This document shows positions 1 to 13,415 of a stretch of DNA of 64,000 nucleotides, in pieces; position 1 is the first letter of the stretch, and each line of letters begins with the position of its first letter. This stretch comes from Perkinsus chesapeaki ATCC PRA-425. Lineage: Eukaryota > Protista > Perkinsozoa. Made by a program: the position numbers and the translations under genes. Under the pieces are notes generated by a model that saw nothing but the letters and a program-made list of their open reading frames with translations, was not told where the DNA came from and searched no databases. The stretch is from positions 1-64,000 of the forward strand of contig JAAPAO010000034.1 of assembly GCA_013115145.1 (NCBI GenBank), read 5' to 3'.

Positions 1-761
1 TCTAGCCCCTCGACCTAGACCACTCTCCCACGGAAATAAACGGTCACAGTCGAGCGAACGCTAGTGCGTTTTAGGTTGCTAATAGGGATGTCTGATGGGA
101 GTATACCTAGATATCAAGCTCAGATGGCACTGTGGTCGATATTCGCAAGCCCGTTGTAGTTTACGGAAATCTTCTGTTCTTTTGACCAACTTGCTTTCGT
201 AGGTTTATGAGTAACGACCTATACAACATGCCACCTGGTACAAAAGAGATTCTGCAGAACAAGGAGGTCATCGCTGTCAATCAAGATCCTTTGGGGAAAA
301 TGGTCAGTTAACAGCTACCCATCAGTTGCCTTATCCAACGTCATCTTTCAGGGTTACCCCGTCTATACTGACAAGAAAGGTTTAAAACGTGTTTGGATCA
401 AAGAGCTCTCGCCACAGTCTGGCATTACTAGATGGGCGACAGTATATCAAAATTTCGACAAGAAAATTGACACCCTCAAACTTCAGACTGATAAGATCCC
501 CGGATGGACATCCCAGACGAAGTGAGCAATGTTTCTCATCTATATTACATTCTCACGGATGGAACCTCTACCCATTCCTTATTGACATGTCATCTTCCTT
601 GCTTGCTTAGGTTCAAGGTGAGAGATTTGTTCCTTCACAAAGATGTCGGAGATATGCATGAAGCATCGTTCGAGTCGCAAGTGGAGCGCCTCAGTGTCAA
701 GATGTTCATCCTTACGGAAATAAAGAGTGGAAACCTCAGCTCGACTTCATTCCTTTCTTAG
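1..761 (+). CDS. GH27 alpha-N-acetylgalactosaminidase/alpha-galactosidase, copy 1 (3' part; 5' end outside window)
   Basis: Exons translate to [58 protein letters not shown] and [12 protein letters not shown]...[13 protein letters not shown]; stop at 759-761. Confidence 0.9.
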
Positions 762-2081
762 AGTCGTGAGATTTGATATAATTATTAGTAGCCAGCACCT
801 TCGTATCTAATACCGACCAGCGGTCGGCGAACGCTTCATCATCATTAACCTCCACATGACGTTATCGTTGGTCGTTGTGCGGTTATGAAGCCTACCTTAG
901 GGCTGGTTGTACCCTAAGTCTCGCCGTTCTTGGCAAATAAGCTTTGTCTGTCCGCGAGCAAGTCCAATGCTCTTACCTTTGGTCTTTAGAGCTGGGACTT
1001 AGTGTTGACAGTAAATCAATTAAGTAGACTGATACTTGTCCTTCTCAATGCAAATGATGTGATGCAGGTGGTCCATCACTCGTTGACCGTTCGCTAGGAG
1101 TCGAACCTCGGAGGACTAGAGTGCTTCGTTCATAACAACTAGGCTAAGGCGAGAAGGGACTCAACCAAGGCTTCTCACTGAGTTTACTCTCACAAGGATT
1201 AGCTGTGCACGCATGCACAAGGGAGTAGGCAGCAGCTTAGAATGAACGACTCTGGCAGGTAGAGCTCTTCAACAGAGCTGGAGAACACAACAAAGTGCTA
1301 CTCCAACCTGGCAGTTTTCATATTCAAAGAAGGCGTCTCTGTTTGAGGTAAGATCAACTGACAGCGTAGACGTTGCCGTGTTGTTCTCGCATCTACAGGG
1401 GCATACGTCTTATACCTGTATTTGTGGCCGTATATAGTTATTTACTCCAAGAAATGGACACCACAGCCGCTATTGTATATCGAGGTTTCTACTAACCATA
1501 CAGTAGCACCGTCATACGTGACATCGATTGCTGGGTTCATGCTGGGGAGTCGACGAATGAGCGGGAGAGGAGCTCGTTTGTCGGAGGGCTGATGTGGTAG
1601 CACTTCGTCGGGACATTAACGCATCATTCGGTGAGAGATAACGGAGTTGCAGAGCGCATTTTCCATCATGGGAGAGAGCCCCATTCTCCTCGGCTGCGAA
1701 GGAAGGTAAATTCAAAGCCAGCCGATACTGGCCCTTCCACGTGACACCGAAGATGTACGCATACGCTTTATGACTACCCATGTACAGAATAATGATAATA
1801 AAGCATATGATGAAAGCAAGTGGTTGGTAGCGGACAACTTATTGTACTGCATCTAGCGGTGAAGATGATACTAAAAGGGCTGTGATTGTCAGTGGGCGGC
1901 TTGCCGAATAGCAACCCGCAATATATGTTTACTAAACACTGTTTAGGCTTAAAACCTTTGGCTAATATTTCAGATCTGTTTCCTGTATCGAGGAGTATTC
2001 CGCTAGTTTACAGAGTGCTTGAGTTCTTACCGTGCAGTTGATGCATACGTCGATTTCTGAAAGGGAGTTGTTAGAGATCCA

Positions 2082-3940
2082 ATGTCGGCGTCTTCGTTTT
2101 ATCGTTTCACCATGTGGATGATGCTACTTTATCGAATCACTGAAGGTCTCGATAATGGCCTTGGTTTAACCCCTCCGATGGGCTGGCTTAGTTGGGAAAA
2201 GTATCGCTGTGAAACAAACTGTAAGAAGCATCCTAAGAGCTGCATCAATGAAGATCTTTATAAACGTATGGCTGATGCACTCGTCGATCAAGGATACAAG
2301 TGAGCCTGACGACCTCAGTCTATCCTCCTCCGGTTAGAATTCTCTCAGAGATGTTGGTTATGAATATGTCAATATTGATGACTGTTGGGCATTAAAAGAG
2401 CGCGATGCGAATGGCCAAATGGTTCCTGATCCAGAACGATTCCCAAACGGCATTAAAGGCGTTGCCGACTATGTTCATTCTAAAGGTCTCAAGTTAGGCC
2501 TTTACTCTGTAAGAAGCTCTACTCTTAGCTGGCCCTTCTATTGTCGATTCTTGGTACTCTTTCTCGATACTTAATGTATCTTCCTTTAGGATATTGGTAC
2601 GATGACATGTGCAGACTATCCAGGCAGTGAGGGTTATCATGACATAGACGCGCAGACCTTTGCCGAGTGGGAAATTGATTCCCTTAAAGTAGATGGTTGC
2701 TACGCTGATTACAAGGTGAGTATCTTCGCAGCGGTAGTTAGTTGTCCAACCAGGACTTCAATGTGGAATATCCATCCTTTGGTAAAGCTTTGAACAAAAC
2801 AGGAAGGCCGATTCTGTATGAGTGCAGGTGAGAGAGAAGCCAATCGTTCTTCAACCAAGCACACATTATCCGCTCTCTTTGCTGCCCCCAACTAGGCTTT
2901 TCCTATGAATATTTTGTATCCTTTCAGTTGGCCTTTATTCACGCCTGGTTACCTTCTTGCTACCGATGTTATACCTAAGGAAGTTGCACCGAACTGCAAT
3001 TATTGGCGTATGAGCTTTGACATCAGAGATGATTGGAACTCCTTGATACTCACGGTCAACCTCTTCGCGCTTCCGGAAGCCAAAACCTCCATGGTTCGTG
3101 TCTTCGTTCTCTTTCACTTGTCCTTAGTCAAGTGCACCTTCAGATACCAGCCAGCGGACCTGGTCGATTCAACGATGCCGATATGTAACTGGCATCACCT
3201 CTTCCCGCATTTCATACTGTTTTAGGTTGCTAATAGGGATGTCTGATGGGAATATATCTAGATATCAAGCTCAGATGGCACTGTGGTCGATATTCGCAAG
3301 CCCGTTGTAATTCACTCCTTGGCTTTATTCGAACCTATCATTGTACCTAGGCTCATGAGTAACGACCTATACAACATGCCACCTGGTACAAAAGAGATCC
3401 TTCAGAACAAGGAGGTCATCGCTGTCAATCAAGATCCTTTGGGGAAAATGGTCAGTTAACAGCTACCCATCAGTTGCCCTCCAGTCTCCACTGTCAGGGA
3501 TATCCGATGCACCCGGAGGATGGAACATCCGCAACACGTGTTTGGATCAAAGAGCTGCAATCGCAATCTGGCCGTTCTCGATGGGCAACCGTATTCCAGA
3601 ACTTTTTAACTGAAAATGCTACACTTAAACTTGAAGCTGCGAATATTCCTGGATGGACATCTGAAACGAAGTGGGCAACTCGAGGCTGCATTTTGATTCT
3701 TTTGCGGATTCCTCCGTACAGATGAAATTGCTGTTTAGGTTCACTGTAAGGGACTTATTCGCCCATCAGGCTATCGGTGGCAATCATACGTCGTCACTCG
3801 AAGCTGAAGTGGCTCCCCGAAGCGTTAAGATGTTCCTCTTGACCGAACAAGCTGAAAGCGCCAGCTCGGCTTCACGTCGCTTCTTTTCTGTGCCAGCTTA
3901 TCTGAACTTGATTGTCTTCCTTCTGTGTACACTCATTTAG
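2082..3940 (+). CDS. GH27 glycosidase, copy 2, multi-exon; signal peptide and hydrophobic (GPI-like) C-terminus
   Basis: [37 protein letters not shown] (nucleophile), NYWRMSFDI (acid/base), [17 protein letters not shown]; ends [27 protein letters not shown]. Confidence 0.93.
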
Positions 3941-4578
3941 CAACTTCTGGCTTACTACTCAAGCGTACCATTATGGGGATTTGTCTTTGCCGCATCCAGT
4001 TCTTGCTACACAAACGTTGTCTAGTCTTCACAGGCATTGTGTCGAAGCTTTGTCGTTCGACAGGTATCTTAACCCGTCTCAGCATTCATTTTGAGTTGTA
4101 TCCGTTGTGTTCGGAGTCAATCAGAAAAGTATATGTTGGTTTTTGCCGATTAGTAAACCGTGATTGAATTGACAGTGCCAGTACGAAGAGGAACTTTAGG
4201 TGGATGAGCCGATGCATAGTCTTACTGGAACTGAACATCATCATCGCTGGTGTTCTACGCACGGCGTTATCCTGTACTCATTCCTCTTCTCCTGTCATCC
4301 TGTACTGCACAACCTGAGTTGTGTAACATAACTCTTCTTCGTCATAGCGCGACTACAGGTATAACGCCGTTCAGCGCTGGATTGGCCATTCGGTACGCAG
4401 CAGGTCAAGGGACGATTCCGAGCCGTGTTGTTATTCTTGACTTGAATCAATGCTCGCTATCTCTACCAATTACGTATAGCTTTCCAGAGAAATAGCTTCG
4501 CGCTGGTAGTGCGTGTCTTAATCCAGCAGGTTGTGGAAGGGTGGTTCAGTCTCCCACGTGCCAGTTACTCTAGTAAAA

Positions 4579-6897
4579 ATGGCTGCGTCAGGGTCTTACT
4601 TCGGTAACACAGAATTAGAAGACAGTGATGAGGAGTTCTCCTCTAGTGAGGCGTTCGCCGGTAGACCGATTACCATTCCCCATTTTCAGAGTTTGCTAGT
4701 CCTAGCACGCGAGTCGTGGAGAACAGACCGTACGATGAAGTGTTTGATGTCCTACAGGGAGATCAGCCGATTGAGGATGAAGAGGAGTCCGAGGTCGACT
4801 CGGACGATGAACAGCGGGCTGATACTAAAGCGAATGTCCTTGAAGATTCCGTGCATTCATCTGGTATCACCGTCTTTGATCAGTAGTTTCGCAATGGCTT
4901 TTCAGACAACGATGATGCCCCAACGACCCTAGTGGGCAGCGGCGAAGCGAGGCTCAGGTTGGATCAAGGCCGCGATACTGGAGGCGATGCTCGGCTACAA
5001 CGGGTGCCCTCGCTTCCGAAGAAACGTCCGTCTCCACCAGGAAGCGTCAAGCCGGAAAGATCCCTTGGAGAGTCCTTGAAGTCTCCCAGAGCTACACAAG
5101 TGGGTTAGCGCTTCTTGTCTCAGACAGGCTGTCTGCATAATCCAAACAGTTTGGCATGCTTGCTCTTTCTTGGAGGGTTCTTGCAGATTGAAAAACCGAG
5201 CCTCACCTTATACGGGCATCGTGATGGTGGAAGTAAACCAGGACCGAGACCCACAAGCAGCAGCAGCAGCTCCTCCTCTTCATCTGGGTAGACGGTACAA
5301 ACAGATCGCGCTTTCGAAAGCCACTGAACTCTACCTTCCTATTGCCTACGCGTGTTGCTGGAAGAGCATAGGTCCATTGGTTTAGATCAGCTTCATCAGC
5401 TAGCGGCTCATCTCCCGACAATGGCAACAGGGAGAAGCCATCTGGGTCACACAGGCTCATCAGAGGGAATGCAGCCCCACCTGCAGCTCGAGGGTAATCG
5501 AAGTTATCCGATGAGTTTTCTCAGAAGACAGACAAAATGGCTTGATGACAGAGAACAGAGTAACATCCATAATAGGTACCGCGCCGAGGACTTCGCGAAT
5601 CTCGACGTCTCGGATGAAATCAAAGACCTGTTCGGTTACATTGGACGGTATAACCCGCATACGGTTGAGCTGGAGACAAGGCTCAAGCCTTTCATCCCGG
5701 ACTTGGTGCCTGCGGTCGGAGAAGTAAGCTTCAAGTAGGGGTATCTCTGGATGCAGTCTCTCTCTGGTCAGGTCGATGCTATGATAAAAATATCACCGCC
5801 AAGTACTGGTCTGACAGACGGTTCAGTTTCGACAGGAGATGGCCCGCCCTCACAGATAGGAGTATCGGATGTTATGAAAAAGGTTTGACGAACTCCGTGG
5901 CTACGGCGGCAGTTCCAACGTGCCATTTATTATTCAGTTGAATGGGCTAGGTCTGGTCGAACTGGACGAGCCCAGCCTAACCCAGAGCGACCCAGCCGTT
6001 GTGCAATTAGTAATCCCTCTATGAGCTATAAGGCTCGGGCTGGGGCACCATTTTGTCAGAAACTGCGCTCTTCTACCCATACGTCGAACCCTGGACACCT
6101 CAGAATTCGTAGAATAGCTCGTCCTGAGACTACCAACCAACAAGAGGCAACATGCTATGTCGTCCAATGCCGTAGCCTTCCCGATCTAGGTGCAGAATTG
6201 GATAGAGCAAATCGAGCAGCTCCATGAGGAGAGAAGCTCCTCTTCACATGTGACATATTCTCATAAAATGCCATCCTTGGATCGCCTGATGCAGGTGAGG
6301 TTTATTACTATTCCTATCGACTATAAGGGTTGCCATGTAGGCCTGGCCACCAGAGATGCTTGACCATTTCACTTCTTCTACAGCGCTCCCAGATCCCCAT
6401 CCAGACTTGGACGTCGACCTTGTTACTTACATTCGGTGAGCTATGACCTCCTTACTGGCCGCCACTGTCGGTTGATACAATGATCGTCCTTCTAACTCCA
6501 CACTTTGCTGCGGGCTCCCTTTATTCTTCTTTCAAGGCTAAATTTTGTCCGGAGCGGGCCGCCCTATCATGTGTTTTGCATTTAAGGCCATGTCGTGATA
6601 CCGATTATCTATAATATATGTTGCTGCGACACTATTGTTTCAGTATGATATGCGCCATGCTGGATATTCCCATATACGATGACAGTCCTAGAAGCATCAT
6701 CGAGGCATTGCACGTCCTATTCTCCCTCTATCTCGGTATGCAATTAATTCCCCACCAGAGATAGCCCATGCTGTGCCTCAGAGTTTGCTACCAACCCTCA
6801 CTTCGCCGCTTCATCTGGTGGTGCGAAGAAGGAGGATGAATCTACTGGACCGGTCTACGACGGTTCCGATGACAACTCTACGATGCTTATTAGTTGA
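4579..6897 (+). CDS. IFT46: Intraflagellar transport protein 46, multi-exon
   Basis: Acidic N-terminus; YRAEDFANLDVSDEIKDLFGYIGRYNPHTVELETRLKPFIPDLVPAVGEV, LGLVELDEPSLTQSDPAV, MICAMLDIPIY...IIEALHVLFSLY are IFT46 hallmarks; last exon EFATNPHF...MLIS*. Confidence 0.9.
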
Positions 6898-7972
6898 AGA
6901 TGCCTGCCCTCCCAACTCCCTTAGCATTGCGTATTTCCAGCACTCTGTAGGAGTTGTCCTCGACTTGACAACCACATGGTCATTTCCGTGTTGTGATATA
7001 CATTTCGATTACTTCGATTTGATCTTTGGTTCGACACTGCACCTTGATGGCCGTACGCGGCGTCCCGCTTGGCATGCTGAACACGTCTCTTACAAGGTAG
7101 GCAAATAGCTTAAATTGAGTTGTGTTCATCTATAGGCAGTATTGATATCCTAAACTTCTGCATTGTACATAGCTTATATAGTAAAAGACAAGGAAATATC
7201 GGCCAATTGTCTTTGGCTTACACTGATTTACTTAGCCTAAGTCGCAGAAACGAAACACACTCCATCTTGGGAATGTGCCGACCTTACGAAGTCGCCACTG
7301 TTAACCGCGTTAGTTAATTCCTACATATTCCATCGGGATCTGATTCATCATGGCCGACTACTCCACAACCTTATCACGGCCTGTCGCCGCAACTTCGCCC
7401 GTAATGGTCGACCCTGCCGTCTATGTTCCGAACGTGGTCCCGGTTACGTCAGTGCAAGTTTCAAAGCCTTCCTTCTCCAATTGAACATACAGCAGCGCCT
7501 GGTTCTTCGTTCGAGCCCAAGATATGGGGCAAGTGGGAACGCAGCCATGGGCCTCTAAACCAGAATATTCTGTGCGCTACTCGGCTTTTTAATGACTGGC
7601 GTACTCTGGTGCCCGAGGCTGTAGGTTTGCGCTGTGGTTCGCATATTCATTGCGATAAGAACATCTAGTTTTTCACAAGAGTTCTCTCCATCTCATTTTC
7701 CCTCGCTGCGTTGGTTAATTGTCACAGGAAGATTAGTTAAAAGACTTGTTATAGTCGACGAGGGAGGAACTTATAGAAGATATCATAACTGATCATCTTA
7801 GTAGTTAGCAGAGTTGTGGAACATGTCCTCGAGTGCCTGAAGACCAAGACTAGAGCAGGACATTCGGTCTCCACCCGCAGTCCTCTCATGCTCGTCCGAA
7901 TCCATGTTCTCTTTCTGAGCTTTCTATCGCTTGCTGTTAGTTGGTCTCAGCTTAGAGGTTTGTGCGTAATCT

Positions 7973-9923
7973 ATGTTCGGCGATCTGCCTGTCTTCCACT
8001 TCTTAATGTCGGTGCCACTATGTTATGCGCTTGACAACGGTCTAGCATTAAAACCGCCTATGGGGTGGCTTAGCTGGGAGAGATTTGGTTGTGAAACTGA
8101 TTGCAAGACCCATCCTGATACTTGTATTAGTGAAAAACTTTATACCGATATGGCGGATATACTTATCGAAGAGGGATACAGGTAGGAGGGTGGATGATGA
8201 CATTTATAGTGATGGTATCTTTTTAGGGATTTGGGATATGAATATGTTAATATTGATGATTGTTGGTCTACTATGGAAAGAGATCCTCAAACTGGTGAAA
8301 TGGTACCCGACCCTGAGAGATTCCCCCACGGTATCAAATGGCTCGCCGACTACATGCATGAAAGAGGCCTCAAACTAGGGCTCTATGCAGTAAGCCGGAA
8401 GCAGCATCGCTTTGTATAAAGCATAGTGATTCTCTTCTGTGTAGGATATTGGTAGCTACACTTGTGGAGGCTATCCGGGGTTAGAAGGCCATTTCGAGCA
8501 GGACGTTGCTACCTTTGCTGGGTGGGAGATCGATTCCTTGAAGGTCGATGGCTGCTATGCTGATACCGCGGTAAGTCTCTCCGAGAGCTGGGTAGCTGAT
8601 CAATGTCCTATCTATTAGACTTTTGGGGAAACGTATCCCAGGCTCGGTCAGCTCCTCAACGAGACCCAGCGACCCATTCTATATTCCTGCAGGTGAGGGA
8701 TTCACTTGACCATAAGTCAGTCTTTATTTTCAGCTGGCCGGCCTATCTGGATGATAGCGGTGAGGGAAATGATGTTCTTGTTAATGAAATCGCCCCAGCT
8801 TGTAATCTATGGCGAAACTACAACGACATCGAAGACAGTTGGGCATCGGTTAGCGCGATTGTAGACTTTTGGGCAAGGAATAGTACGGATAACGCCCTGG
8901 TGAGTCAACGGGTACGGACAGTTGCCGAGCTCGCTCGCTTGTCACTCAATATCTCATATAATGTATATGCTCCACCTTTAGCACCGTTAACTGCGCATCT
9001 TGAGATGATGTTCGTTTTTATAACCTACAGCTAGGGTGCCAAATTTTCGGTTCCAGCAAAAACAGGCTATCATTGTACCCTAAGATAGGCCGGGAAACCG
9101 TTAGGATTTGACGAAGGATTCATGTAGGTGCGAGCCGCGGGCCCGGGCCACTGGAATGACCCAGATATGTAAGCTCCCGCCGACACCGAACTTCGCCGTA
9201 TCTATGCCTGTAGGGTTTTGGTCGGTAACCACGGCCTCACTCAGAGCCAACAGGAATCGCATTTTGCACTTTGGGCGATGTTCGCTGCTCCTCTGTAAGT
9301 GGATCCGCAGAATGGAATGGAGAACTCGAGTCAGCCGGCTCTTAGGTACTTGAGCGCAGATTTGCGCACTATGCCATCGTGGATGAAAGACATAGCCCAG
9401 AATAAGGAAGTCTTGGCGATAAATCAGGATCCCCTAGGCAAACAGGTCGGGATGGAGGGAAGCTCATAAGTGTCTGAAGCAGTTCGTATAACCAGCGTAT
9501 CTTTAGGGAATCGCCGCATGGTCAGAAAATGGTCTTCGAATTTGGACAAGAGAACTCAAGGGCACTAATCAGTCTGGGGATACCTGGGCGGTGGTCCTGC
9601 AGAACGGCAATGCGATCTTCAATAAGAAGCACATTATTTTGCGGGTACACGAGTTTATTCCTGGTTGGGATACTTTGACAGTGTAAGCCCGCAGCCCAAG
9701 CCATTTTCCAAATGGCTATACTGAGCTTGGGGTGACCGTGGGCCTTACCAGGTTCACAGTAAGAGACCTCTTCAAGCACCGCGACGTGGGCCAGTTTACG
9801 GGAGAATACTCGTTTGACGTGGACACTTCATCTGTTCACTTCTTCACCATCCTCAAGCAATATCCTATGGAAGGTGGAGTTCTGCACTCGATGTCTCCGG
9901 ACTCGGATACGGTTATTATTTGA
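7973..9923 (+). CDS. NAGA: GH27 alpha-N-acetylgalactosaminidase, copy 3, multi-exon
   Basis: [43 protein letters not shown] across a splice, [30 protein letters not shown]. Confidence 0.92.
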
Positions 9924-10761
9924 TAGCATATCATGTCGACACAATTGGCACATGGGTGCTCGAGATGCTGCTTTTTGAGCATCCTGCGATGGTTATTAAT
10001 GGTATAAGACTATATTGGAAGAATAATCAGCTTTCGCGACTCTCGTTGAGCTGCCCTATCAGCGTCATTTGTTGCTTGAGTCTCTAAAATGAACTCTTAC
10101 CGCCAGAGTCTTGCGTTCTATAAGTAACATAGTTCTCTGGTGCAAGAGTACTGAACACACTGCTTATACTCTTCCACCAGTGGAGTTTACCAGATAGTAC
10201 TACCTGCATAGCTCCACCTCGATACCTATTGCTTGCCCATAAGCTTACTGAATGCTATATAAGCAGAAGTATTTGGTAAAGAGCCAAGAACTTGCACTGA
10301 GGGTGCTCAGAGTCGGAGGTCCAGAACTATTCAGAATTACCTCACAGGAGCCTTTCGCCTTTTGTCTTCAAGCCACCTTGGCAGATTATTCAGTTAAAGA
10401 GAAGGATATCTTTCCCCTTCAGTGGACCGAGTCTAGAACTTAAAAGTTTGTCGGAGTCTCAATTCATTTTCTAAGAACCGTTAACGGCCACTAACGTGGG
10501 AAACTTCATCTCTCAGGGGTTTCATAGCCTTCCATGGCGTAATCACCGGCTTCACGCAGGCTTCTACGGACTATTTCGGAGTTAGCTTCCGAGAGAGCAA
10601 AGCGTCGGGCCCAAACTATTTTACAGTTTGTCGCTGGGGATGCGCTCAATTCCAGGCTACCGCAAGTCGTCTAACGCTTTTCCGACGGACCCGCGCGACA
10701 GAAAACACTTCCAAGCTGTCATCTTGCCGATGTCAACCTGCTGTTATCTCAGTTGTTATTG

Positions 10762-12656
10762 ATGGCCGCTGTGATATATTTGCTACTTTTCTTCGTCTCA
10801 TTTCAACTATGTTATGCGCTTGACAACGGTCTAGCATTAACACCGCCTATGGGGTGGCTTAGCTGGGAGAGATTTGGTTGTGAGACTGATTGCAAGACCC
10901 ATCCTGATACTTGTATTAGTGAAAAACTTTATACCGATATGGCGGATATACTTATCGAAGAGGGATACAAGTAGGAGGGTGGATGAAGACCTTTATAGTG
11001 ATGGTATCTTTTTAGGGATTTGGGATATGAATATGTTAATATTGATGATTGTTGGTCTACTATGGAAAGAGATCCTCAAACTGGTGAAATGGTACCCGAC
11101 CCTGAGAGATTCCCCCACGGTATCAAATGGCTCGCCGACTACATGCATGAAAGAGGCCTCAAACTAGGGCTCTATGCAGTAAGCCGGAAGCAGCATCGTT
11201 CCCCATCAGCCTCACATTCAGGATATCGGCAGCTGTACTTGTGCCGGATATCCAGGATTGGAAGGCTTTTTCGAGCAAGACGTCAAGACCTTCGCTGAGT
11301 GGGGAATTGACGGCCTTAAAGTGGATGGCTGCAATGCCGATATAGGAGTAGGTCCAGAATAATGCTCGACCAACTTCACGCCACTTATTCAGGACTACGG
11401 CAGGACTTATCCTTTGCTCGGACAGCTACTCAACTTGACCGGTCGGCCGATACTGTACTCGTGCAGGTAGGAATCCTTCTGTATACTGCTACCTGCATGC
11501 GCAGAGCTAACAATAGCATTTAGTTGGCCAGCCTATCTCGAGGACCATGGAGAAGCCGATGACATTATTGGATCAGCCATGGCTCCGGCATGCAATCTTT
11601 GGAGGAATTATAATGATCTTGAGGATAGCTGGTCGGCTGTAATGGCTGTTATGGAATTCTGGGCCAGAGGAGGCCCCGACGACACTATGGTATGATCATT
11701 AGGTGAAATGGTCGCCATAGCTCCAATTGTACAGGTTCAAGCAGCTGGCCCCGGACACTGGAATGATCCTGATATGTGAGTGATCCATGAATCTTGATGC
11801 AACCTCTTTCGCGAAGCGATGTGCGATGCCGGATGAGCTGCTGCTATAGAGCTAATGGTTGCTAATGGTCGACTTTTGTTGCCGGATACGCCGAACCCCT
11901 TCATGAGACTGTGCTCTACGATACATAACGAGCTCTCTGAATTCAGGTTGATGGTGGGCAACAATGGTCTCAGCGAGAGCCAGCAACGTTCACAGTTTGC
12001 ACTGTGGGCTATGTTATCAGCTCCATTGTATGCCATCCGTATAGGTGTGTCATCACTGATGGTCCTCAGATACTTGACAGCTGATCTGCGAAAGATGCCA
12101 GATTGGGCGAAGGAAATAGCCCAGAATGAAGAGGTTATTGAAGTGAACCAAGATCCTCTAGGAAAACAGGTAGGCTCCAGGAGAGTTCCCCTTGAAGCAC
12201 TCATATTCGTATCGATGGACAAAACGATGTCCTCAGGGCTACGTGGCATGGGAGCAGGAAGGCTTACGTATATGGGTCAAGGAGCTTGCATCTGACATTC
12301 CCGGAGACTACTGGGCTGTGGTGCTTCAGAACACCAATGCCATATTTCATATGCGTCTTATAGAGTTAGATGTAGCACAACACATCCCTGGCTGGGATGC
12401 TTCTACAAGGTAGCTTTATCTGCGCATTTTTGACCAGTACAAACTTCCGGATTTTGATCATGTCAGGTTTGCCGTGAGAGCTTTGTTCGAGAGGGTGGAT
12501 CTTGGTGTGTACCAGGGAACATTCGCAGCCGATGTTGACACTTCAAGTGTTTGTGCCATAACAATAAGGAAAGAGACCGTATCTCAAGATCAAGGACAAA
12601 TAGGTTCCATCACGTTCCACAGCATGTCCATTTCTGTCTCTACCATGGTGCTTTAG
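10762..12656 (+). CDS. NAGA: GH27 alpha-N-acetylgalactosaminidase, copy 4, multi-exon
   Basis: Signal peptide [81 protein letters not shown]. Confidence 0.92.
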
Positions 12657-13415
12657 ACATTTCACTTTTTACTTCTCATTCTCTAGGTGTTTTTAAGATG
12701 TCAGTGTCCATCTTTCTGGTCTTGTGTTATGTTCAACCGGCCAACCCGGTCATCCACGTGTGTTGCCGTACACTAGCAGCAATGCCGGAAAGCATCGGAC
12801 AAGACTCGCCTTCACAGTGGAAGGAATTTGACTTTCGCACATCGTAACGATTACAATTGACGCCACAACTTGGTTAACGCGACTATTTTCTTGTTAGGAA
12901 TTATCCAAATTAGCGTTAGGGTGACAGCTAAAGCCCAACTCAGATCGATTGTAATTCACCAGCCAGTAACCCCTACGCCACAATGAGGCACTGGCACCTA
13001 TCGAGTTCACACAGACCCATTGGCAAGGACGAAATCGATCAGAATGGCGTGCGCTAAATCAATTAGACTTTTTCAGGCACTTCTCTGCATTCTATCCACT
13101 CTGTGCAGTTGGCGGGACATTGTAGAATGCTACCTGCGTGGTACACTTAGGTGAATGATACTTTGAGTCTTGTGGTGGTTTGGTTTGTACAACTATGCAG
13201 CTCGATAATCCAACATTTAGTGTCTGGACTTGACGCCAGCTATTCACCAGCATGTCCTTGGGAAATGCTAAGGAAACGTTAGTGAGCCGAAAGGACATAG
13301 AATGAAGGGCATTTTGTGTACCACTAACTGATAGTATAGGAAAGATGAGTGGATGTGTCGGTTTTTGGGAGATAGTATTTTAAAAGGATTGTTTCAGTTG
13401 ATTGCTGTACACACT

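Noticed and set aside
1087-1150. Minus-strand A-box/B-box-like sequence (TAGCCTAGTTGTT...GGTTCGACTCC)
   Set aside because: Spacing is short, there is no acceptor stem, and it may be an exon of a small unresolved minus-strand gene; not called a tRNA.
11737-12249. 170-aa minus-strand ORF
   Set aside because: Antisense shadow of GH27 copy 4.
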